DNA from: Candidatus Cloacimonadota bacterium
Lineage (GTDB): Bacteria; Cloacimonadota; Cloacimonadia; Cloacimonadales; TCS61
Length of the DNA: 64,000 bases
Reading direction: 5' to 3'
Assembly (NCBI GenBank): GCA_030445745.1
Contig: JASUTE010000002.1
Coordinates: forward strand, 30,859-94,858
Both the position numbers and the translations under genes were made by a program. This document shows, one piece after another, positions 56,430-64,000 of the stretch (position 1 is its first letter; the number at the start of each line of letters is the position of its first letter). The notes under the pieces are model-generated. The model was not told where the DNA came from. It saw only the letters and a program-made list of their open reading frames with translations, and did not search any database.

Positions 56430-59400
56430 CTAATGCACTACCGCAATTTTTCCAAGTTTGTAGTCATCGCCTATATTTAAAACAAAAATATACAGCCCAG
56501 AAGCTACTTTGGCACCTGAACTGTTGCGACCGTCCCATCTATATACGTTTTCTAGAACGGATAACTCATCGATCTTATCCTTAAAAACTAAGCCACCATC
56601 TAATTCATAAATCCAAATCTTACCAGGTTTTTCTAACGGTAAGTTAGCAAAGCTGATATGTTCATATTTATTGGTATTAAAAGGATTAGGGTAAACAATT
56701 AAATGATTTAAATCTTCTATATCTGTCAAGCGAAAATGCGTTTTATTGCCATCGTTCTGAATAACATTTCCACTGAGGTCTTTAATATTTTCCAACTTCA
56801 CAAAATAAGCCTGATTGCTATACTGTAGTGGTTTTTGCATGTGCAGTAGAATTGTGTAGTCAGCATCCATTGCGCTATATTCCACAGTTTCCAGTTCATT
56901 GTTCCAGTCTATGGAAGGCATTACCATGCTGTAATTTGCCAAATTTTCCACAGTGGTTTCATCTAAAGCTTCGTTAAAATACAATCTAACAGTATTAGTT
57001 TCCACTACTTCAGCCTCGGTAAGTTTGGGACCGGTTACATCTTGCTGGTATTGGAAACTGAATTCTAAACCATGTTGTAAAACTCCGGTTCGGCCTTCTA
57101 AACTGCTTATTTGTAAGCTATAATTTGCCAAATCGGCAAATGGTTGTTGGAAGGAAAGTAGTAAACCTTTTTGTTGTGAGATAAAGTTTATGGATGCTGG
57201 TTTGCCCACCTGGTTGTTAACATTATAATTACCGCAATCCAAAGCCGAATTTGCCAGTTGACTAGTGAAAATTATCTTCAGCTCGTTAGCAGCGGACATT
57301 ATAATTTGCTGCAGAATTGGTTGCGGGAAGGGTATAGCTCTTTTCCAATTTGTGGGAAGGCTTTCGGGTGGCAACTGCTGTTCATCGTAAGCGCTAAGGC
57401 TGTAGTAGAGTGTATCGCCAACAGTGTAGTGGGGCAAGGAAGTAAAAGAACTATCTATGTAGGAATCAGCTTCGATTTCAGTTATTTCCTGTATTTCATC
57501 TTTGAATTTACGATAGACCTTCACGCTGTGTCCACTTTGCCAATTAAGTTCCACCTGGGTTGCGTTTAATGGCCTTAAACTGAAGTTGTGGGGTGTAGCG
57601 GGGCCGGTAAAATTGGCAGGTTGGATCAGGATAGAATAATAATCATCCCCATAACCTTTGTTTACTATTATGCTGTTAGTATTTTCCAAGCATAGGATCG
57701 AGTTATTTTCGATGCTATTGGCTTCTCCCTGCCACATTGGTGTTAATTGGCCAGCTTGCAGGTCGGCAATGTAAATGTTAGGGGTAACTGCAATAATTAA
57801 TTCTTGGTCGCCATCACCATCCATATCGCCCGAAGTTAGCGAATTTTTCTGCAAAACTTCCGTGAAACTAAGATAGTCGATAAGTTCAATTTCGTTTTCG
57901 TTAATTCCAAATACAGCAAAATAGGAAAAAGTTTTATTCATATCGGTGTCGTTCTGGTAATAGCCGCCAGCACAGAATTCCAGCTGGCCGTCACCATTGT
58001 AGTCGTTTATATCTAGATAGTAGGAATTTTGCACAGGTAGCTTGCTGTGCCAGGTCATAGTAAATTTATCATCGATCTTTTCAAATATCATGATATCGCC
58101 ATCTTTATCGGCTGTTAAGATCTCGGCCTGGCCGTCGTTGTTCAAGTCTGCGCATTTCAGGGCGATAAATTCGTTGCGCTGATAAGTTGGTGTTTCGTTC
58201 AGCAAGTAGTCCATTTCTTCCAAATTCTCATCATACAGCATTATCACTCTTTTAGTTACATTGTTTATGGTTTTGTTCTTTATCAAGGCTAGCTCATCTG
58301 TGCCATCCAGGTCATAATCTATAAAAGCTCCGCCATAAACTTGGCCAGTACTCCAGTAAAGGCTGTCGGCATAGTTATTCCCAGTGGTAAAAACTCGATA
58401 AAGAACACCTTCATTGCTGCTGATTCCCAAGCTTAAGGTCTTGTTTCCTGCCCAGTTGCTGGTAATATCAAGCGGATAGAAGATATCCCTAAAAGTGTAA
58501 AGTGTACTAAGTTGGTTATTTTGCAGCTGGAAGATACGATTAGTTTGCGAAGCGCCTGCTATTTCGGTAGCTATGAATTCCGCAGCTGTATCATCGCCGT
58601 TAAAATCTATCGCGTGATCTACCAATTTTAGTTCATTGTCCAAATTTTGGGTAGTATAGGAATTAACCCCAATTGTTTCGGTTGCAGTATAAAAGCTAAG
58701 AACGTTGTTCCAGCTATTTTCCAATCCACTTAAATTGGTTGCTGTAACATTTACATTACAGCTGCCTTGGGGAATATTTTCTGGCAAAGGCAACACTAAA
58801 ATAGAGTCAGCCACGTTGTTATGAATAACATAACTTTGCTGAGCAAATTGTACTTGTAATTCCAGGTTTATTTTATCATCGAAAACAGTTTGCAGGAAAT
58901 AAAGTGGTTTTTCTGCTTTATAGCGCTTCATAAAATAAGCACCATATAGTTGGGGAGCAGTTTTATCCACATAAACATCCTTCATAAAGTAGTGGTGCTG
59001 ATTATCGGTAGTTACCATGTCCAGGCGCAAGGTGTAGCGTGTTTCTATGTTAGGAAGGTCGAAAGAGGCCAAAGTTTCATTTTCTTTGGGCTCATAATAA
59101 TACTGAGGAGTGTTTTGATGTGTGTCCACATCGAACCAATCCAGCGAAGAAGGATTTTGCTCTGTTGTATAGGCAACTGAGTAGCGCCAAAAATTTTGGC
59201 AATTAGCAGTACCAATTATTTCTACATCATCTTTCAGGTAAGCGTTTTCTGCTGGACTGCTAATATCTATTTCAAGTTGGTTAAAAGTCGTTAGAAGTGT
59301 GTAGACATCCAAAAGTCCATTGCCATAGTAGTTATCAAAATTGTTATCACCCAAATCCACACAGGAGTTAGTTAAGTGGTTTAAAACTTCCTGGAAAGTT

Positions 59401-60572
59401 AAGTCGGAATTAATGGAAAGCAACAGCGAAATGGCAGAGCTCACGATTGGCGCCGCCATCGAGGTACCGCTTTGCGTGCTAAAGTAATTATCTTCTGTGG
59501 TAGCGTAGGTGCTTAAAATATTAACTCCGGGTGCTACCAGATCAAGATGGGGACCAAATGTACTAAAAATAGCTCTTTCGTTGTTGTTATCTACAGCACC
59601 TACAGCAATAGTAGAGGAAAGATGTGCTGGATACCAAACCCCACTTTGGCCCGTATTTCCCGAGGAAACAACTAATATACTGCCTTTAGAGTAAGCATAT
59701 TGACAGGCATCAGCAATAATTTGCGAAAAGCTATCACTGCCCCAGCTACAATTTATAATATCAGCGCCCATATCAGCACAGTAAATTATTCCAGCGGCAG
59801 CATCATCATCTTGTAAGTATCCCGAAACTCCATCTGCTGTTTTGAAGCCGGCTCTTACAGGCAAAACTTTATTGTTCCAGCTTACACCGCTAATGCCAAA
59901 ATTATTGTTGGTATCGGCGGCTATAATTCCTGCTACGTGAGTGCCATGATTATATTCGTCTGTAGGATCGTTATCTTGTTCTAAATAGTCACCAGAGGCC
60001 ATATATCCCAGCTCAGAAGCATCTGTAAAATCCCAGCCATGCCAATCATCCACATAGCCGTTACCGTCGTCATCAATGCCATTATCGGGAATTTCCGCTT
60101 CGTTTATAAAAATATTTTCGTTCAGGTCAGGATGGTCGAAATGGATTCCAGAATCTACTATTCCTACCAATATCTCACCGTTACCAGTGGAATAGTTCCA
60201 AGCAGCAGGTAGGTTGATATTCTGCAGGTATTCCAGCTGTTCATCATAGCGGGTATCGTTCGGTGTTAGCAACATCTGGTTTAAGTAGTTTGGTTGTATG
60301 CTTTCCACTGCAGCTGGTTTAGCATTTTGTAGTTGCTGCCAATCTATTTTTTTATCTACTTCTACCAAAAAGTAATTTCCTAATTGAGGCAGTATAGATT
60401 TTATATTTTTTACAGAGAAAGACTGCAGGTATTGATTTATTTCTTCGTTTTGAAAACTGGTTTTACTTTCCAGGGTAGAATCAGTTTTCAGAATCATCTG
60501 TTTAGGGGTAGTTTCAGCTGCAAATAAATGTACTACTAGCAATAAAACCAGTAAAAAACTTATATATTTCAT
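56430..60572 (-). CDS. Giant secreted subtilisin (S8) protease with FG-GAP/VCBS repeats and T9SS-type C-terminal sorting domain
   Basis: 1380 aa. Catalytic triad contexts VGIVDSGI, HGTHVAGI and SGTSMAAP. Multiple D-x-(N/D)-x-D-G repeats (DLNNDGQAEIL, DYNGDGQLEF, DMDGDGDQELI). C-terminus YPNPFN...GLYIFVL. Confidence 0.85.
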   Translation of the reverse strand: MKYISFLLVLLLVVHLFAAETTPKQMILKTDSTLESKTSFQNEEINQYLQSFSVKNIKSILPQLGNYFLVEVDKKIDWQQLQNAKPAAVESIQPNYLNQMLLTPNDTRYDEQLEYLQNINLPAAWNYSTGNGEILVGIVDSGIHFDHPDLNENIFINEAEIPDNGIDDDGNGYVDDWHGWDFTDASELGYMASGDYLEQDNDPTDEYNHGTHVAGIIAADTNNNFGISGVSWNNKVLPVRAGFKTADGVSGYLQDDDAAAGIIYCADMGADIINCSWGSDSFSQIIADACQYAYSKGSILVVSSGNTGQSGVWYPAHLSSTIAVGAVDNNNERAIFSTFGPHLDLVAPGVNILSTYATTEDNYFSTQSGTSMAAPIVSSAISLLLSINSDLTFQEVLNHLTNSCVDLGDNNFDNYYGNGLLDVYTLLTTFNQLEIDISSPAENAYLKDDVEIIGTANCQNFWRYSVAYTTEQNPSSLDWFDVDTHQNTPQYYYEPKENETLASFDLPNIETRYTLRLDMVTTDNQHHYFMKDVYVDKTAPQLYGAYFMKRYKAEKPLYFLQTVFDDKINLELQVQFAQQSYVIHNNVADSILVLPLPENIPQGSCNVNVTATNLSGLENSWNNVLSFYTATETIGVNSYTTQNLDNELKLVDHAIDFNGDDTAAEFIATEIAGASQTNRIFQLQNNQLSTLYTFRDIFYPLDITSNWAGNKTLSLGISSNEGVLYRVFTTGNNYADSLYWSTGQVYGGAFIDYDLDGTDELALIKNKTINNVTKRVIMLYDENLEEMDYLLNETPTYQRNEFIALKCADLNNDGQAEILTADKDGDIMIFEKIDDKFTMTWHSKLPVQNSYYLDINDYNGDGQLEFCAGGYYQNDTDMNKTFSYFAVFGINENEIELIDYLSFTEVLQKNSLTSGDMDGDGDQELIIAVTPNIYIADLQAGQLTPMWQGEANSIENNSILCLENTNSIIVNKGYGDDYYSILIQPANFTGPATPHNFSLRPLNATQVELNWQSGHSVKVYRKFKDEIQEITEIEADSYIDSSFTSLPHYTVGDTLYYSLSAYDEQQLPPESLPTNWKRAIPFPQPILQQIIMSAANELKIIFTSQLANSALDCGNYNVNNQVGKPASINFISQQKGLLLSFQQPFADLANYSLQISSLEGRTGVLQHGLEFSFQYQQDVTGPKLTEAEVVETNTVRLYFNEALDETTVENLANYSMVMPSIDWNNELETVEYSAMDADYTILLHMQKPLQYSNQAYFVKLENIKDLSGNVIQNDGNKTHFRLTDIEDLNHLIVYPNPFNTNKYEHISFANLPLEKPGKIWIYELDGGLVFKDKIDELSVLENVYRWDGRNSSGAKVASGLYIFVLNIGDDYKLGKIAVVH

Positions 60573-60621
60573 TTTGATTCCTACCTTTTGTTTATATTTA
60601 CTGCTAAAAAATAGATTTTAG

Positions 60622-60648
60622 ATCGGTTCCCAAAAGGCAGGAACCGAT
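60622..60648 (-). terminator. Hairpin downstream of the beta-barrel gene (possible terminator)
   Basis: ATCGGTTCC / GGAACCGAT forms a perfect 9-bp stem. On the minus strand the U-run begins only about 8 nt after the stem. Confidence 0.45.
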
Positions 60649-60682
60649 GATGCTATATTTCCACTCTATTTTTTCCTGAGTT

Positions 60683-61588
60683 TTAAAAATTATAACTAAG
60701 TCCAAACATGTGTACATCATCTATCTCATTTTGGAAGGGTAAGTAGGCATAATCTAAACTGAATTTACTTACCATTATGCCAAACCCACCACTGAAGTTC
60801 TGGCTGTCGTGATTGAATTTGTAGCCCAGGCGCAGGTCGAAGTTCTGGAATAAATTTGTGTTTACTCCCCAGGCAGCTTTAAATTCATCATCATCAGATT
60901 CTTTGGAGAGTTTAAGTTCGCTAGATAATGTGACCACCCCCTGCAGAAGCTGGATATCATCTACAACTGCTGCAACTTGGTAGGTTTCTGGCAGGTCGAT
61001 GTTTTCCTTGTCCATCTTACTGGTGAAGCCGATATGTTTAATAGCAGCAGCCAGCTTCAGATAGCGCAGCGGGGTTAGGTAATAATAGCCAAAATCGAAA
61101 GAAGCTCCCACACTGCTAGAATTATCTATTTTTTCGTAAATTCCCATTACATTTACTCCTAAATAGTGGTTAGGAAGCAGACGCCTGCCCACATTAAGAG
61201 TCAGGTTCATGTCCATAGGATGAAATTCACCAATAACCTGGCCTACATCATCCCTATTTTCCAATTTGCCATAATCTAAATAGTGATAGCCAACAGCAAA
61301 GCTGGTTTTAGGAGTGGAATACAGATAGGAAAGGCTGTTCATAGAAGTATCGAAGATCCAGTAGTTCTGATTCACAGAAATTGTTCTGGTAGGATTTAGC
61401 ATGGCAGCGGCTGGGTTTTCGGTGTAGCAAAAGGCATCTTGCGCCAAACTGGCATTGGTTCCAGCCATAGCTGCTTGCGCCGTACCAGTGGTTATCTTCA
61501 GCATCTGAAATCCACTTTCACCGCTTATTTCAGCTGCCAAAAACATAGTTAAACTTAGTAGCATGACTACTGTAATTATTTTTTTCAT
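60683..61588 (-). CDS. Outer-membrane beta-barrel protein, PorQ/PorV-like (T9SS-associated)
   Basis: 301 aa with a signal peptide. N-terminal pattern GFQMLKITTGTAQAAMAGTNASL..ENPAAAML, alternating beta-strand pattern, and a C-terminal aromatic residue (..GLSYNF). Confidence 0.5.
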   Translation of the reverse strand: MKKIITVVMLLSLTMFLAAEISGESGFQMLKITTGTAQAAMAGTNASLAQDAFCYTENPAAAMLNPTRTISVNQNYWIFDTSMNSLSYLYSTPKTSFAVGYHYLDYGKLENRDDVGQVIGEFHPMDMNLTLNVGRRLLPNHYLGVNVMGIYEKIDNSSSVGASFDFGYYYLTPLRYLKLAAAIKHIGFTSKMDKENIDLPETYQVAAVVDDIQLLQGVVTLSSELKLSKESDDDEFKAAWGVNTNLFQNFDLRLGYKFNHDSQNFSGGFGIMVSKFSLDYAYLPFQNEIDDVHMFGLSYNF

Positions 61589-61603
61589 CTAGCCTCCGTA
61601 AAC

Positions 61604-64000
61604 TTACTTTTCAATTGCAAACTTCAGTTTTTTTACCTTGCCGTTTGCCTTTAAAATGGCGCAATAAACACCGCTTGCCATCTTATTAACGTTCAAGTTC
61701 ATACTGCCAGCCACATATGCTTCTGCAGTAATAGTTTTTTGTTTAATTATACTGCCTGTGATGTCAAATACTTTTATTTTTACCGGAGTGGATTCCGACA
61801 GCATGAAACGCACACTAATATGATCTTCCATAACCTTACCTTTGAATATACTGCGATTAAAAGCAGAACTAAAGGGATTTGGGTAAACATAGGTTTCCGA
61901 GTTTATAAAAAGATCGGAGCCGGAAAATTGATTTTGTGGTAAAGGCTGGCTATAAGCTGCTGTACGCTGCAGATTGGCATATTCGGTTTGCCAGCCGCTA
62001 TTACTTAAACTCAGGCCAGGCATAGCAATTTTATAAAGTTCACCATTATCAGCAGCAATAAATACAGTTGGTACACCTTCATATTCAGTATAGATTGGGA
62101 AATTACGCGAACTGCTATTTAGCGCATAAGTTTTTCCTAAAACAGTTTTAAAAGTGTTGTTAAGATTATTTTTCCAAACTGAAAGACGGTTCTTGGAAAA
62201 GTTGCCGATTACTTCGGGAATGTTGTCCTCATCGGTATCGACGCTAATTACTCCGGCAGCACTCTGGGTGGAATCTGGGGCGGGTAGCTGTGCCTGTGGT
62301 GTAAAATAGTTACCCAAATGATCAATAGAAACAAAATAATTTTCGCCACCCAAGATAGTTTCCAACTTACCGTTGCCATCGGTATCGGCAAAAGTAGGAA
62401 GCGAATAAGCAGGTAGAGGTATTTTTACTGGATAATCTGCTAGAAGTTCACCATTTTGTTGGTAAGCGTATAGCAGTGAATCGGAAGCGGTCAATATCAG
62501 GTTGTCCTGGCCGTCTGCGGTAATATCGGCTAAGCTGGCCGAAATTAGCTGGGCAGAAACGGGAAAATCAGCCAAAGTTACAGTTTCCGTTGCAGAAAAA
62601 TTATCTAATTCCTTACTGCAGAAATTACCCAGCTCATCAACATAGAAAAGGTGGTTGTCTTTGTACATCAAATTAGCAGCAAGCTGATTGGTCAGTTCCA
62701 CTGTATCGGAGATCGTATATTCGTTGTCCATACAAATCAATTTAGTATTATTTTGCGAATTCAAAGCTAAAATAGTTCTTTTTTCGTTATTATCTGTTAT
62801 CACAGGTGGAGCAACCCAGGTTTGGTTGGTGAAACTTTCAGCACCGATAATGTAATTGTCGTTTACAAAATATAGAGTATAAAGAATGCTTCTTAATTCA
62901 TCTTCTTCAAAAGTGGGCAATAGAAAAGTCTTATTTTGCTTATCATAGGCAAAATATTCAGCCAGAGGAGAAATTTGGAAATTTTCTAAAATCTCATTAT
63001 TTTTCCAAAAATATAAATTTCCATTTGGCATGGGGTAGAATAATTCTTTGCTGCCGTCATCGTCGAAATCTACTACAGCAGCAGGGAAGTGGTTTTCTCC
63101 CATAAAATCTGTTTTGAATCTATCATCAAAGTTAACTGAGAAGGTCATTAGGGTATCAGCGGCACTTATATCAAAAATTTCCAATTGGCTTTTTCCATAA
63201 TAGCTATCGGAGGTGGGTTGAGATGTATAGCCAGTAAAAGGATCTACCGATTTACCAAAATATGTGTTGTTACCTTCTCGATAGGAATCGTAGGCAGAAC
63301 CCCAGCTAGCCATGCTAATAAGAGCATCCATATGCTGAATTCCGTCTGCTTCTTCCAAATCTACTCCCTTGTGAGAACCATCGGCATTAACCACATTAAT
63401 TCCTTCAGCGGGATTGAATTTCGCTTCGATAATATTTTCATCAATATGCCAGATAAATATACCGGAGCCATCCACTGTTTGGTTATCGGCACCGGGCGCT
63501 TCCCCATAACCTGGGCCCGGCAAATAAAAATCCCATTCACAACCCAAGTAGGTGTTTTTCATAAAATTAAAGCGGGGCACATTATCGTTTGGGGGCGGGT
63601 AGTAGTCCTGATCTTCAATAAGCTTGAAGGTGAAATTAGGAAAACCGTTTAAGGTGCTATTATCGGGATTTTGCTGCCGGTTTTCCAATAAAAAATACTC
63701 TTTATCTGTTATCTTAATTTTATACAATTTAGGGATTTGATCAGCGGCTGCCATGGGATAGGTAAGTTCAAAATTAGTATCGCTGTAGTCGATCTCTACC
63801 AAGTTATCTGATTCCCAGCCCATGTAATAGCGAGACCAAGCACAAGGTAGAGGAGGCACATTTCCGTTTGCATTCCAAGCTCCAGTACCCATTATGCCAA
63901 AATTACCAATCCCATTACCACCACCATTGGCAGAGACATTATCGAATAAGGTGGGTAAGCCCATTTGACGACAATAGAGGTAGGTGAGAATACCAAAAAG
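61604..64000 (-). CDS. Large secreted FG-GAP repeat protein with M6/InhA-like N-terminal region and T9SS-type C-terminal domain; N-terminus outside the window
   Basis: The track ORF starts at an internal Met (63964), but the frame stays open to 64000 (LFGILTYLYCRQ-MGLP..). GIMGTGAWN..PCAWSRYYMGW resembles the M6 metalloprotease domain. D-x-D-x-D-G repeats are present. C-terminus YVYPNPFS...GVYCAIL. Confidence 0.6.
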   Translation of the reverse strand, partial: LFGILTYLYCRQMGLPTLFDNVSANGGGNGIGNFGIMGTGAWNANGNVPPLPCAWSRYYMGWESDNLVEIDYSDTNFELTYPMAAADQIPKLYKIKITDKEYFLLENRQQNPDNSTLNGFPNFTFKLIEDQDYYPPPNDNVPRFNFMKNTYLGCEWDFYLPGPGYGEAPGADNQTVDGSGIFIWHIDENIIEAKFNPAEGINVVNADGSHKGVDLEEADGIQHMDALISMASWGSAYDSYREGNNTYFGKSVDPFTGYTSQPTSDSYYGKSQLEIFDISAADTLMTFSVNFDDRFKTDFMGENHFPAAVVDFDDDGSKELFYPMPNGNLYFWKNNEILENFQISPLAEYFAYDKQNKTFLLPTFEEDELRSILYTLYFVNDNYIIGAESFTNQTWVAPPVITDNNEKRTILALNSQNNTKLICMDNEYTISDTVELTNQLAANLMYKDNHLFYVDELGNFCSKELDNFSATETVTLADFPVSAQLISASLADITADGQDNLILTASDSLLYAYQQNGELLADYPVKIPLPAYSLPTFADTDGNGKLETILGGENYFVSIDHLGNYFTPQAQLPAPDSTQSAAGVISVDTDEDNIPEVIGNFSKNRLSVWKNNLNNTFKTVLGKTYALNSSSRNFPIYTEYEGVPTVFIAADNGELYKIAMPGLSLSNSGWQTEYANLQRTAAYSQPLPQNQFSGSDLFINSETYVYPNPFSSAFNRSIFKGKVMEDHISVRFMLSESTPVKIKVFDITGSIIKQKTITAEAYVAGSMNLNVNKMASGVYCAILKANGKVKKLKFAIEK

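Noticed and set aside
63185-63652. 155-aa plus-strand ORF inside the FG-GAP/T9SS gene
   Set aside because: It is an antisense shadow of a long, well-supported minus-strand CDS.

Overview
This is a low-GC bacterial chromosomal window with about 60 protein-coding genes. I recognised no rRNA, tRNA, CRISPR array, transposase or integrase. T9SS-type C-terminal sorting domains on very large secreted proteins, together with LTD and FG-GAP repeat proteins, suggest an FCB-superphylum organism, possibly Cloacimonadota; this is inference only.

Backbone, in order:
- A minus-strand operon at 1-7608 (LTD protein, nnr, histidine kinase, mazG, MA-type peptidase, receiver-only regulator, UvrC-N-terminal-like protein), divergent from mfd.
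- Envelope and housekeeping genes: wza-like exporter, epimerase, DegT aminotransferase, a lone etfB, lgt, purB, comF.
- A trio built around a GlmL-like ATPase.
- A 16-kb minus-strand block (eno, SPFH/NfeD, recN, nadK, rsgA, DUF116, fmt, def, yajC, pgpA, two parvulin PPIases) ending in dnaA.
- dnaA has consensus DnaA boxes on both sides plus an AT-rich spacer, and local gene orientation flips there. This is the candidate oriC (about 37.3-39.5 kb).
- Then tyrS, an M50 protease, glnA, glk and a SAM methyltransferase.

The most unusual region is 44.6-52.3 kb, an accessory island between the methyltransferase and nadD.
- It is bracketed by roughly 0.4-kb near-identical noncoding direct repeats, and further copies of the same hairpin-rich repeat family split it into gene modules.
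- One module, a solitary HEPN (Rx4H) gene, has the boundaries of an integron-type gene cassette: G|TTGGGC at its 5' end, and a roughly 131-bp imperfect palindrome after the stop codon that begins with the exact complement GCCCAAC.
- A second attC-like site with core GTTAGGC lies on the other strand between arsM and a sigma-factor gene. No integrase is present in the window.
- The opposite-strand module encodes ArsM, an ECF-type sigma factor with a Cys-rich C-terminal tail, an ArsP-like permease and a 66-aa CC/CCC peptide.

The right end holds nadD, a BamD-like lipoprotein, an M18 aminopeptidase, greA and a cluster of giant T9SS-type cargo proteins flanking a beta-barrel gene.

Coordinates of non-ORF features were anchored by hand to ORF-track start and stop codons and may be off by 1-2 nt.
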